The translations under genes and the position numbers were made by a program. The notes under the pieces are model-generated. The model was not told where the DNA came from, did not search any database, and saw only the letters and a list, made by a program, of their open reading frames with translations. This document shows, piece by piece, positions 18,267 through 26,735 of a DNA stretch of 64,000 bases. The DNA comes from a phage: the sequence record PZ445554.1; one strand, written 5' to 3'. The stretch's first letter is position 1, and each line of letters opens with the position of its first letter.

Positions 18267-18886
18267 TCAACTACCTCAATATCATAAACTTTAAATGTTC
18301 CAAATGAATCGTGTAATTTTTCTTTTGAAATAGAAGTTATTCTATACTTTCCAATTGGAATCATCCATTCTTGTTCACGCACAATCATCATTAAGTTATC
18401 AGTACGCTCTGAATCTAATCCATCAGTATCTTCATACGTGTACTTAAACTCAGTATTAGGAGAAGAAAGTATAATATCGCTGATATGGTCAGAATAATTA
18501 AAAGCTTTATTAGTTTTTAAGCGAAGTATTATTTTAGTAAAATATTCAGCGTAAGAAAAAGAACATGCTGTGAGCAAACTAGTAGTAAATGAATCTACTC
18601 TATTCGTTGAAAACACTTCTCCAACTTGTAAATCTTTAATAAGTTCTTCTGTTGATTTTGATATACCACGATATAACTGATAAGGTGATTTAGTTAAATG
18701 CTTTTTAATGATTTTATTCAACTGCCTATGAAGAGCTTCATTCTTTTTGGCTTCCATACATTGCCAAAGAACTGACTGCTCAAAGTCAGTAAATTTTTCA
18801 CAGACCTTTTTATACATATCATATTGAAAATCAACGCTTTCAGCTTTTATAGATAACTGTTCAACATCTGCAAGATTAATAATCAT
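18263..18886 (-). CDS. modB: ADP-ribosyltransferase ModB
   Basis: ORF track 207 aa; paralogous to modA; stop overlaps modA start. Confidence 0.8.
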   Translation of the reverse strand: MIINLADVEQLSIKAESVDFQYDMYKKVCEKFTDFEQSVLWQCMEAKKNEALHRQLNKIIKKHLTKSPYQLYRGISKSTEELIKDLQVGEVFSTNRVDSFTTSLLTACSFSYAEYFTKIILRLKTNKAFNYSDHISDIILSSPNTEFKYTYEDTDGLDSERTDNLMMIVREQEWMIPIGKYRITSISKEKLHDSFGTFKVYDIEVVE

Positions 18887-18910
18887 GATAGCCTCCGTAT
18901 ACTTCAGAAG

Positions 18911-18942
18911 CTATCATATCATCGTTAGAAAGGAAAGTAAAC
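18911..18942 (-). promoter_or_regulatory. T4-type early promoter
   Basis: Minus-strand GTTTACTTTCCTTTCTAACGATGATATGATAG. Confidence 0.5.
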
Positions 18943-18953
18943 AACTTTTTGAA

Positions 18954-19136
18954 TTATTTTGCCCAGGGAGCCCAAGGCGGAGGGTCAAGATGGTATGAAG
19001 CTAGTTCTTCTAGAAGAGCATCTGGGGCTTCAATTCCATAATTCTGTAATACTATACGGTACTCTTTCTTATAATCACTGGAATCATTCTGGTTATTCGT
19101 AGAATGATTATCTTCTAACATCTCAAATAAATCCAT
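18954..19136 (-). CDS. Hypothetical protein (60 aa)
   Basis: ORF track; ATG at 19134-19136. Confidence 0.5.
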   Translation of the reverse strand: MDLFEMLEDNHSTNNQNDSSDYKKEYRIVLQNYGIEAPDALLEELASYHLDPPPWAPWAK

Positions 19137-19144
19137 ATTAATTC

Positions 19145-19627
19145 CTAGCGATAAAAACCAAAATAACGATTAGCTTCAACAATCTTTCTTTCTTCTTCGG
19201 ACATTCTCCAGCGTAGTCCAACATCAAAATGAGCCCAGACCATCTTAACAAATGCATTTATATCTTTAATATCTTCAATAATGAATGTTTTACTTTTAGA
19301 ATGTTGACCTGCTAAATTAAGTGCTAATTTAACGTTATCATCTTCAAACAGGTCAAAAAGACCATATTCATGAGCTCTTTTATAGCCTTTAATAGTTAAA
19401 GCTTCAGAAGAAGAAAACGGTGAATCAGTATTCTGCAAAATATCTTCAGTATGCTTTATAATTAGAATAACATTTTCTGGATATTTTCTTTCTTGTATAT
19501 CTTTAATTAAAAAATCCGGATTTTCTGCTAAAGGAATAATTAATGAGCATTTTTTACCAAGAGTATTTACTGATTTACCTTCTTTAGACATGAATTCTAC
19601 TGAATAATGTTTTGCTACTTCAATCAT
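19145..19627 (-). CDS. Hypothetical protein (160 aa); position corresponds to T4 mrh (tentative)
   Basis: ORF track; ATG at 19625-19627. Confidence 0.6.
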   Translation of the reverse strand: MIEVAKHYSVEFMSKEGKSVNTLGKKCSLIIPLAENPDFLIKDIQERKYPENVILIIKHTEDILQNTDSPFSSSEALTIKGYKRAHEYGLFDLFEDDNVKLALNLAGQHSKSKTFIIEDIKDINAFVKMVWAHFDVGLRWRMSEEERKIVEANRYFGFYR

Positions 19628-19784
19628 GTGATTTCCTTTTGCCTACTAATGGACCATCGGGAATTTTGTTTTCCTGGATATATTTCTCATTTTCTTCCAT
19701 CATTTTACTGCCAATTTTAAGAAGCAAATCCAGTGCTTCATTTGCTTTTGCTTTAGCCTCTTCTAACGTTATATCTTTGTTCAT
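19620..19784 (-). CDS. Small acidic protein (54 aa), not in ORF track
   Basis: ATGA overlap with upstream ORF; [31 protein letters not shown]. Confidence 0.35.
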   Translation of the reverse strand: MNKDITLEEAKAKANEALDLLLKIGSKMMEENEKYIQENKIPDGPLVGKRKSHD

Positions 19785-19984
19785 GATTTATCACCATAGA
19801 TGTCTCTCATCAATTTAAGCGCTGAGCGTTCTAATTTCTTTTCTTTCTCAGCACTAATCATTGATTTCATCCATTCTTCCGATTCGTTCTGCATTTCTTT
19901 ATTTGCTTGTTCAACCCAACCATCATCAATATACATTGAGTTTGGTCTATTGAACCATTCAAGAATCTTCTTGAGAGCTTTCAT
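19781..19984 (-). CDS. Hypothetical protein (67 aa)
   Basis: ORF track; ATG at 19982-19984. Confidence 0.5.
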   Translation of the reverse strand: MKALKKILEWFNRPNSMYIDDGWVEQANKEMQNESEEWMKSMISAEKEKKLERSALKLMRDIYGDKS

Positions 19985-20444
19985 TTATTTTACCTAAAAC
20001 AATAGTAGGAGCATCGTCAAATTTATGAATTTTTAGCAAATTTGGATTTAAATTATTCCATAAAGAGGTAATAAAATATGATAGCGCACTTTCGTCCGTA
20101 ATTATAAATTTATTTCCTTTATCTATTTTCCAATCATATATTGAATCATATGAATAGAAGGATAACGGTTTATTATTATAATATGCTTCAGCAACATCAA
20201 TATAGTTAGATTTAGTAAATGCTTGAATTGCCATAAATGGAGAATTTTGTACAGTTTCAATAATTCCGATCTTTTTAAGTTTTATTTCAACATCTTCTGG
20301 AATTGGCATTGAAATAAAATCTTCTACTAGATACATGTTATTGTCATATCTTTTATCAATCATTACTGCTACGGTAATTGGAACATCCTTGACAAACGCC
20401 ATACTAATACTATTGATAGACATTTCAAACAAAATTGCTTCCAT
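19959..20444 (-). CDS. Hypothetical protein (161 aa)
   Basis: ORF track 19959..20456 (TTG); ATG at 20444 after GAGGAAAA. Confidence 0.55.
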   Translation of the reverse strand: MEAILFEMSINSISMAFVKDVPITVAVMIDKRYDNNMYLVEDFISMPIPEDVEIKLKKIGIIETVQNSPFMAIQAFTKSNYIDVAEAYYNNKPLSFYSYDSIYDWKIDKGNKFIITDESALSYFITSLWNNLNPNLLKIHKFDDAPTIVLGKINESSQEDS

Positions 20445-20452
20445 AATTTTCC

Positions 20453-20794
20453 TCAATCACAAGATGTAGATGAACAACTAGAATCACAAGAACTTCCACA
20501 TGAATCGCCCGTCCATACATGAACAGGAACATTAGTATCATATGAATCAGAACTAGACTGTGTTTTCTGTGTGTTAGATGATGCAGTAGGTGTTGACCAG
20601 CGCCAAGGATTTTTATAATATTCTTGGGCTTCTTCATAAGTCATAGTAACTGCTTCTACTGTTCCATCTCCCATATAAACATATTCAACTACAGTTAAAG
20701 GGAGATAGTCATTTGAAATAGGAACTACACCTTCTCCAGGAGTCGTAGAGAAAAAATCCGTAAAGAAACTTTTAAACCAATTAAAGATAAACAT
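20453..20794 (-). CDS. Hypothetical protein (113 aa) with Cys/Ser-rich C-terminal tail
   Basis: ORF track; C-terminus [18 protein letters not shown]. Confidence 0.55.
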   Translation of the reverse strand: MFIFNWFKSFFTDFFSTTPGEGVVPISNDYLPLTVVEYVYMGDGTVEAVTMTYEEAQEYYKNPWRWSTPTASSNTQKTQSSSDSYDTNVPVHVWTGDSCGSSCDSSCSSTSCD

Positions 20795-21000
20795 TACAAA
20801 AAGCCTCTTTTGAATTCAACTTGTTTATCGCCATAATCATATCGAATTTCTGCATTAAATTCAACAGAACCATCTGCGTACATCATAAATGAATGAACAA
20901 CAACTTCTGTAGACCATGGTTGCAGTTCATATTTCTTCATTACATGCCGTGAAATGATAATATCTAAATCTTCATTTGGTTTAATCCAACGATTTAACAT
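20794..21000 (-). CDS. Hypothetical protein (68 aa)
   Basis: ORF track; ATG at 20998-21000. Confidence 0.5.
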   Translation of the reverse strand: MLNRWIKPNEDLDIIISRHVMKKYELQPWSTEVVVHSFMMYADGSVEFNAEIRYDYGDKQVEFKRGFL

Positions 21001-21026
21001 AATGCTCTCCTCTATAAGATAATTCT

Positions 21027-21056
21027 ATTATACCATACTCATTTTGGAAAGTAAAC
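21027..21056 (-). promoter_or_regulatory. T4-type early promoter (GTTTAC-N17-GTATAAT)
   Basis: Minus-strand GTTTACTTTCCAAAATGAGTATGGTATAATAG. Confidence 0.55.
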
Positions 21057-21072
21057 CGGTAAAATGAAAAAA

Positions 21073-21090
21073 GGACTCCCGAAGGAGTCC
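21073..21090 (-). terminator. UUCG-tetraloop hairpin (GGACTCC-CGAA-GGAGTCC) after soc
   Basis: Perfect 7 bp inverted repeat 9 nt downstream of soc stop. Confidence 0.55.
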
Positions 21091-21098
21091 TTGAATTA

Positions 21099-21335
21099 TT
21101 AACCACCTATTTCTGTTGGCGTAAACATTGCAGCATTCTTAGTTTTCCAGTCAGCTGCATCAGAAACTACAGTAGAATATGCCGCCTTTTCAGAAGGAAA
21201 GGTCTGATAATGAGAATCTGCAATACGATGCTCGTTAGAATAGATTTCAAACGGAACAGAAACTTCCATACCTTTAACTTCTTTGCCTTCACCCGCTGGA
21301 TGAGTAAAGGTCTTGATGTTAACGAAACCACCCAT
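21099..21335 (-). CDS. soc: Small outer capsid protein Soc (78 aa)
   Basis: ORF track; YVNIKTF... HYQTFPSEKAAYSTV motifs as recalled for Soc; preceded by late promoter. Confidence 0.85.
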   Translation of the reverse strand: MGGFVNIKTFTHPAGEGKEVKGMEVSVPFEIYSNEHRIADSHYQTFPSEKAAYSTVVSDAADWKTKNAAMFTPTEIGG

Positions 21336-21366
21336 AATAAACTCCTTTATTGTTTAATTACAGGTG

Positions 21367-21374
21367 TATTTATA
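21367..21374 (-). promoter_or_regulatory. T4 late promoter TATAAATA for soc
   Basis: Plus-strand tatttata; minus-strand TATAAATA about 30 nt upstream of soc ATG. Confidence 0.6.
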
Positions 21375-21548
21375 TCAGTCTTCAATGAAAACTTGTGCCA
21401 GGAATTCGTGTTCATCTTGAATTTGTTTATATAAAGCCATTACAGCATTTATATTAGAGCTATCTACTTTAAGTTGATAAGCATACCACTCGTGTAAATT
21501 AATTAAAGCTTTTTGACGTCTAATAAATTCTTCTTTGGATATTTTCAT
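21375..21548 (-). CDS. Hypothetical protein (57 aa), not in ORF track
   Basis: ATGA overlap with upstream ORF; MKISKEEFIRRQKALINLHEWYAYQLKVDSS. Confidence 0.45.
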   Translation of the reverse strand: MKISKEEFIRRQKALINLHEWYAYQLKVDSSNINAVMALYKQIQDEHEFLAQVFIED

Positions 21549-21745
21549 TTTGAATGCTCTATAATTAATTTTAAGGCTTTTTCACTGACAAAAATTTCAT
21601 CAGGACCTTCTTCTACAACCCAATCAACCATACGAAGCTGATTAGATAAGAGCTCGTATGTGAGCTCTTTGTCATAATTTTTAAATAGCTGGTCAATACG
21701 TTTCTTGCGGGCTTTCTTAAGCTGGCGTTTATTTAAACGAGCCAT
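21545..21745 (-). CDS. Hypothetical basic protein (66 aa)
   Basis: ORF track 21545..21748 (TTG); ATG at 21745 overlapping gene 56 stop. Confidence 0.5.
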   Translation of the reverse strand: MARLNKRQLKKARKKRIDQLFKNYDKELTYELLSNQLRMVDWVVEEGPDEIFVSEKALKLIIEHSK

Positions 21746-22263
21746 CAATAACCTCGGTCTTGACGAGCGAAATTTTCAGCATTTTTCAGATAATAAAGTT
21801 TAAAGATTTCTTCAGCTGACATTCCAAGAGCAATGAATTTATTCATGAAAAAGTGAAATTGGTCAATCAGTTCAAATTTAATTTCAAGCTGATCTTCGGG
21901 AGATAAATCTTGAATTTTCTTGGATTGCATTTCAGAATAACGTTTCTTCCAAGGTTTCCATACGGCAGAAGCTTCTTTTTCACCATTACTCATACCACCA
22001 AGAGAAGTATATAGCTCGCGAGTTTCATCTGCGATATAATCGTCTTGGTTTCGCAGCCAAGCAAGAACTTCTCCTGCAGTTTCAAGTGAATCAGGATGAC
22101 GATTTGTTTCTGGTTTATCATTAGCCAAACGAATCTGTAAATGCCGCTGCATATCAAGCATAACCTGCAGTGGGTCAATATTGTGCATAATATTCTCAGC
22201 ATATGCACGAGTTGCTTTATCAACACCTTCGATCAAATGAGCACATTCATTAAAGTGAGCCAT
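21745..22263 (-). CDS. 56: dCTPase-dUTPase gp56 (MazG-like)
   Basis: ORF track 21745..22371; start at internal ATG (MAHFNECAHLIEGVDKA) after AAAGGA, giving 172 aa as recalled for T4 gp56. Confidence 0.85.
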   Translation of the reverse strand: MAHFNECAHLIEGVDKATRAYAENIMHNIDPLQVMLDMQRHLQIRLANDKPETNRHPDSLETAGEVLAWLRNQDDYIADETRELYTSLGGMSNGEKEASAVWKPWKKRYSEMQSKKIQDLSPEDQLEIKFELIDQFHFFMNKFIALGMSAEEIFKLYYLKNAENFARQDRGY

Positions 22264-22336
22264 TATTTTTCCTTTCAATTCATGGATTAATAGATTAATT
22301 ATACAATAAATATATAAAGCAATAAGGAGGATATAT

Positions 22337-22537
22337 ATGGTACAAAAATTAATGGCACTTGTTAATGCCATAAAAGGTAATAAAAAACGTATAGCTTTTA
22401 CTATTTCTGCTATGGTAGGAATTTTACTCTGGAACTTTATTCTATCACCTGTTGCAATTGCACATGGTATTAATATTCCAGTAGTTACTCTTGATACATT
22501 CGTAGATTTAGCATTTGCTTTAGTTGGGTTAATTTAA
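22337..22537 (+). CDS. Small hydrophobic protein (66 aa) on plus strand in the 56-61 interval
   Basis: ORF track; strong AGGAGG Shine-Dalgarno 7 nt before ATG; two hydrophobic segments; converges on gene 61 3-prime end. Confidence 0.45.
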   Translation: MVQKLMALVNAIKGNKKRIAFTISAMVGILLWNFILSPVAIAHGINIPVVTLDTFVDLAFALVGLI

Positions 22538-23562
22538 ATCTTGGCATATTTAGATAGCCGCATTTTAGCCATTAACCCCTGGGCAATATTATTTTTCATA
22601 TATTCCATAATTTGTTCAGGGGTTGCACCTTCCTTTCTAATCATATCATTAACATCTTTTGATTTCCAGGGAGATTTATCCCAAAACATAACCCTTTCTC
22701 CTGCATCAACTAATTTAGTCATTCGCTTAATAGTGTCAGGATGACGAGGTTCATTATCTAAAACCCACACGCGTCTATCTTTAAATGGAACAATTTCTAG
22801 GTCTAATTGACCACCCGTAATAGCTATACCATTTTCAATAAAAAGTGAATCTATAGGTCCTTCTAGAACATATACATCACCATCTTTAACTCGTTCGACT
22901 CCATAGATTTTTGTTGCCTCAGGATAAGCTTTGATGGTGATATATTTTTGAGGAGCATCTTTCTTTAATGCACGTCCTTGAAAAGACTCAGCTTTTCCAT
23001 TAGCATTATAAATTGGAATAACAAGACGAGGCTCAGGTATTTCCTTTTTATATGTTCCTGGTGCTATGCTATTAACTAATTTAGGCCATTCAGTTGTAAA
23101 CCAAAGATATTTCCATTTATCCTTTGGAATACAACGAGCTTTTACGTATTTTATAATTGGATGGTCTTCCGCCAGTTTATCTAATCTAACACATGACGGA
23201 AGAGATTTAATTATTTTCTTCTCAGGTTGTTTAGGAAGTTCTTTAGGTTTTTCTACTGGACGACTTTTACCTTTTTCTTTTCTTATTTCAAAGATATACT
23301 CACGATATAAATCAGGTTCAAACTCCTTTAAATATATTCCGATTGGTGCATGATAGTTACAGTTATAACAATGAATATTTCCTTCATTATTATCACCATA
23401 ATACCATCCACGAGCTTTATTCTGGTCGGTTTTTGAATCTCCACAAACAGGGCATCTAAACCGTAATTTAAAAGTTGAACTATTATTTACTTGTGTGAAT
23501 TTAGGTAAATGAGCTAATGCACGGTATGCAAACTCATTATCAATCCAAGGTATTGATGACAT
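22534..23562 (-). CDS. 61: DNA primase gp61
   Basis: ORF track 342 aa; zinc ribbon CPVCGDSK...CYNC; N-terminus MSSIPWIDNEFAYRALAHL matches recalled T4 gp61. Confidence 0.9.
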   Translation of the reverse strand: MSSIPWIDNEFAYRALAHLPKFTQVNNSSTFKLRFRCPVCGDSKTDQNKARGWYYGDNNEGNIHCYNCNYHAPIGIYLKEFEPDLYREYIFEIRKEKGKSRPVEKPKELPKQPEKKIIKSLPSCVRLDKLAEDHPIIKYVKARCIPKDKWKYLWFTTEWPKLVNSIAPGTYKKEIPEPRLVIPIYNANGKAESFQGRALKKDAPQKYITIKAYPEATKIYGVERVKDGDVYVLEGPIDSLFIENGIAITGGQLDLEIVPFKDRRVWVLDNEPRHPDTIKRMTKLVDAGERVMFWDKSPWKSKDVNDMIRKEGATPEQIMEYMKNNIAQGLMAKMRLSKYAKI

Positions 23563-23564
23563 TT

Positions 23565-23729
23565 TTACTCTTCTTTTTCTTTAGATTCCTCTTTTTTCTT
23601 TTTAGGAATCTGTTCAGGACCTTTATTTACTACAGCGCCTGATGTTGTTCCAGTAGAGATATTTTCAGGACTACCACCTGAATCTCCAGCGACCATATCT
23701 TCTTTGATAAATTCTTTATATGTTTTCAT
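23565..23729 (-). CDS. Small acidic protein (54 aa), not in ORF track
   Basis: GAGG Shine-Dalgarno; MKTYKEFIKEDMVAGDSGGSPENIS. Confidence 0.45.
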   Translation of the reverse strand: MKTYKEFIKEDMVAGDSGGSPENISTGTTSGAVVNKGPEQIPKKKKEESKEKEE

Positions 23730-23730
23730 A

Positions 23731-24087
23731 TTAACCTCTATTCATAAAAGCATTAAAAATTTGGTCATCAATAGATGGTGCAGTAATATTTTCTGCATCA
23801 TTTAGCAAATCATTAATTTCATCAGATAGCATAACACATGTACCTTTATTTCCTGTAATTGTTACTGCGCAATTACGAACGTTTTCTTTATTAAATTTTA
23901 GGTTAATATTTTCGTAATGAAAATCCTTTAGTGCTGAATATATTTTTAAAATAAAATTATCTTTTACTATAATAAACCCAACCTCACTATTAAAACGTGG
24001 TTCATGGAAACTGTAATAAACCTTTTCATCTATAAAATCGTATGAAATTTTTTCCATTTTTAAATATGAAAATTCAGAACTATGCAT
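23731..24087 (-). CDS. Hypothetical protein (118 aa)
   Basis: ORF track; ATG at 24085-24087. Confidence 0.55.
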   Translation of the reverse strand: MHSSEFSYLKMEKISYDFIDEKVYYSFHEPRFNSEVGFIIVKDNFILKIYSALKDFHYENINLKFNKENVRNCAVTITGNKGTCVMLSDEINDLLNDAENITAPSIDDQIFNAFMNRG

Positions 24088-24099
24088 ACTAACCTCTAA

Positions 24100-24393
24100 T
24101 TACTCACCTACCACTTCAGCGATGATATTTTTGTTATTAAAGTTTTTATCGCAATACAGAACATAATTATACTGCATTACACCACCAGACTTAAGCTGTT
24201 TTTGCACTTCAGCTTTCATTTCAGGACGATCGCGCTCAACGATATTCATAATATCTGCTTCAATTTGGGTTTCAACCTCAGTCTGATCCGCAGTCATAGA
24301 CCATTCGCACAAATCTTTATCATAACCTGCCATAGCAGGCTGAGCAGCACAAGAAGCTAAAGCAAAAATTGTGGCAAAGATAAATTTTTTCAT
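24100..24393 (-). CDS. sp: Spackle (Sp) periplasmic protein, 97 aa with signal peptide
   Basis: ORF track; signal peptide MKKFIFATIFALASCAAQPAMA; length and position (61.3 slot) match recalled T4 Sp. Confidence 0.7.
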   Translation of the reverse strand: MKKFIFATIFALASCAAQPAMAGYDKDLCEWSMTADQTEVETQIEADIMNIVERDRPEMKAEVQKQLKSGGVMQYNYVLYCDKNFNNKNIIAEVVGE

Positions 24394-24419
24394 GATAATC
24401 TCCTCAGTAGTTTATGTTT

Positions 24420-24451
24420 ATATAGTATCTCAATTTCCAACAAAAGTAAAC
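24420..24451 (-). promoter_or_regulatory. T4-type early promoter
   Basis: Minus-strand GTTTACTTTTGTTGGAAATTGAGATACTATAT. Confidence 0.5.
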
Positions 24452-24453
24452 AG

Positions 24454-24750
24454 CTATTTTAAAACTTTTGCATAATCACATGTTACAAACTGTTTCTCTA
24501 GCTTGACGATTTTACGAAAGTATCTTTTGCATTGGCGAATCTGCCGCTTCGTAGGGCGAACAGCAAACTTAATAAATTCCACTCGACCAAATGGAGGACT
24601 TTCTTCTGCTGGAATATCTAGCACCAATTCCCACGTATCTGCAATAAGTGCTTTGAATTGTGTATTTTTCCTAACGTTATACGGAGTAGGTTTAAATAAA
24701 ACAATATGCATATTATCCTCGGCAATCCACTTCACACACTTTCTTGTCAT
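24454..24750 (-). CDS. Hypothetical protein (98 aa)
   Basis: ORF track 24454..24753 (TTG); ATG at 24750. Confidence 0.5.
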   Translation of the reverse strand: MTRKCVKWIAEDNMHIVLFKPTPYNVRKNTQFKALIADTWELVLDIPAEESPPFGRVEFIKFAVRPTKRQIRQCKRYFRKIVKLEKQFVTCDYAKVLK

Positions 24751-24895
24751 CAATGAAAGCTTTAACTAATGCTTTATTAACTTCAGCATACTGAGTAGTA
24801 GCCCATTGAACGTCATCTTTCATCATTGTGGTTTCTTTAGTAAACATGCTTTCATTCTTAAACCACCCCATAAAAACTACCTTTACCAATTCCAT
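24713..24895 (-). CDS. dmd: Dmd (discriminator of mRNA degradation) antitoxin-like protein, 60 aa
   Basis: ORF track; MELVKVVFMGWFKNESMFTKE... matches recalled T4 Dmd; immediately downstream of gene 41. Confidence 0.7.
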   Translation of the reverse strand: MELVKVVFMGWFKNESMFTKETTMMKDDVQWATTQYAEVNKALVKAFIDDKKVCEVDCRG

Positions 24896-24924
24896 AACAA
24901 TCTCCTCATTTAACCAACAAGACT

Positions 24925-24954
24925 ACTATACCATAGTCTTGTCAGCTTGTAAAC
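24925..24954 (-). promoter_or_regulatory. T4-type early promoter with palindromic spacer
   Basis: Minus-strand GTTTACAAGCTGACAAGACTATGGTATAGTAGTCTTG. Confidence 0.5.
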
Positions 24955-26381
24955 TAAAATTTTAATTCATTTGCCAAAGCATCTAACTGAGCTCGAGTCG
25001 ATTCGTTTCTTTGATAGCGATTCTGCTCAGCTTGTATCTGTTGTGAACCTGCTACCTCACTCACTTCAGTTGGAGTAGAATCTTGTTCAATTTCTACCCA
25101 TTTCTGATTTCCTTTTTGAACACCCATCAAAAACTTATTCCATTTATTCTTATCACCATATCGTGATTTGATTTGCTTAATAAGTTGTTGTTCAGCAGCT
25201 GCTAACTCCTCGGTTTCAATGACCGCAAGCATAAAATCAGCTGTTGCTGGAAGACCGGCAGATTCTGCAATATCGCTCATGTTAACATCAGAAGAATCCC
25301 AAGCTTGTTTACCAACCTGTGCTGCAGTCCAAAGAACAGTTTCGGTTTCAACAGCAAGAGCACGTAATTCCTCTGCAATGGCTTTAACAGTTGTGTAACT
25401 ATTTTCTGAGTAAACTCTAATGCGGCAAGATTTACAAATACCCAGATAGTCGACAATAATGATTGTTGGAACAAAATTCTTCTTGAGCTTTAATTCGTTT
25501 AAAAGCGATCGAAATGTATTAGCATCTGCTCCACCAGTAGGATACTGTTTAACTATTAAACGACCGAGAGTAGATTTCTCGCGCCATTTTTCCATTTTTC
25601 CTTTATACTCAGCGTAAGAAATATGCCCATCATCAATATCATCAAGAGAAACATCAAGCATATTAGCATCAATACGCTTAGCACAGACTTCTTCTGCCAT
25701 TTCCATGGAAATGTAAAGAACATTATGTCCGAGCTGCAAATAATCTGCTGCCAATGAACACAATCCTAATGACTTACCAACGTTAACTCCAGCCATTAAA
25801 ACGTTCAGTGTTCCAGTCTCAGCTCCGCCTTTAGTAATTTTGTTTAGAATTCTGAGTTTAAATGGAACCTTACGAGCTTTATTCATATAAGATAGCCAAC
25901 GTGCTTCGTAGTCATCCATCCAATCATGACCAACGTAACTATCAAATGAAATAGATAATGCCTGGCGCATGATGTCAGGAATAGCACCAACATCTGGCAT
26001 TTTCTTATTTCGTTTTTCCGGAGGAAGCTCAGCATTAGTTTGAATTTCGATTATTTTAGACGTAGCATTAAACATCGCCCTTTGCTGAACATATTTTTCT
26101 GTTTCTTTTACTAACCAACTGTGGTCTTCCGGAGAATCAGCCAGTTTTGAAATAAGTGTTTTTACACCAGAATATTCTGTTTCAGTAAATGAACTATTTT
26201 CTAATGCAACATTTAACGCATTAATAGATGGAACGCTATGATACTCATTGACATGAGATTTAATTAATTTGAATGTATTTTTAGCTGGACCACTTTCAAA
26301 ATATTCTGAATCCATATATGGCCAAACTTTTGAAAAATAAGCTTGATCAAATATGAGATGAGAAAGAATAATTTCTACCAC
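24954..26381 (-). CDS. 41: Replicative DNA helicase gp41 (DnaB-like)
   Basis: ORF track 475 aa; Walker A GVNVGKS; start codon appears to be GTG (cac at 26379-26381). Confidence 0.9.
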   Translation of the reverse strand: MVEIILSHLIFDQAYFSKVWPYMDSEYFESGPAKNTFKLIKSHVNEYHSVPSINALNVALENSSFTETEYSGVKTLISKLADSPEDHSWLVKETEKYVQQRAMFNATSKIIEIQTNAELPPEKRNKKMPDVGAIPDIMRQALSISFDSYVGHDWMDDYEARWLSYMNKARKVPFKLRILNKITKGGAETGTLNVLMAGVNVGKSLGLCSLAADYLQLGHNVLYISMEMAEEVCAKRIDANMLDVSLDDIDDGHISYAEYKGKMEKWREKSTLGRLIVKQYPTGGADANTFRSLLNELKLKKNFVPTIIIVDYLGICKSCRIRVYSENSYTTVKAIAEELRALAVETETVLWTAAQVGKQAWDSSDVNMSDIAESAGLPATADFMLAVIETEELAAAEQQLIKQIKSRYGDKNKWNKFLMGVQKGNQKWVEIEQDSTPTEVSEVAGSQQIQAEQNRYQRNESTRAQLDALANELKF

Positions 26382-26390
26382 ACTTACTCC

Positions 26391-26735
26391 TTAAAAGAAT
26401 TTAAATTTTTTCTTTGACCTTTTATTAAATGCATCTTGTAGTTGCATTGTAATACATTTTTCTACATGAGGAGCTAACTCAGCTTTTCTTTCTTGGTCAA
26501 GAACAGCAAAGTCCATTACAACCTTTCCATCAACCCAATCCAGTTTAGTTACATACACTATATGTGTAGAACCATCTTCTAGTTTAATGACAATCTCCTG
26601 GATAACATTTTCCATAGCGGATTTAATTATCTTAAGAGACTCATTAAAAAGACGTTCTTTTCTTTCTTCTTCCCCCTCCGAAGAGGGGGATTCATCGATA
26701 ATTTCTAGATCTAAATCTAAATCATCTTTATTCAT
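26391..26735 (-). CDS. 40: gp40-like protein
   Basis: ORF track 26391..26753 (GTG); first in-frame ATG at 26735; position between uvsX and 41 as in T4; start uncertain. Confidence 0.55.
   Translation of the reverse strand: MNKDDLDLDLEIIDESPSSEGEEERKERLFNESLKIIKSAMENVIQEIVIKLEDGSTHIVYVTKLDWVDGKVVMDFAVLDQERKAELAPHVEKCITMQLQDAFNKRSKKKFKFF

Noticed and set aside
20425-20637. His-rich ORF ([11 protein letters not shown]) on the minus strand
   Set aside because: Alternate-frame shadow of the Cys/Ser-rich gene 20453..20794; it overlaps that gene almost entirely and lacks a ribosome-binding site.
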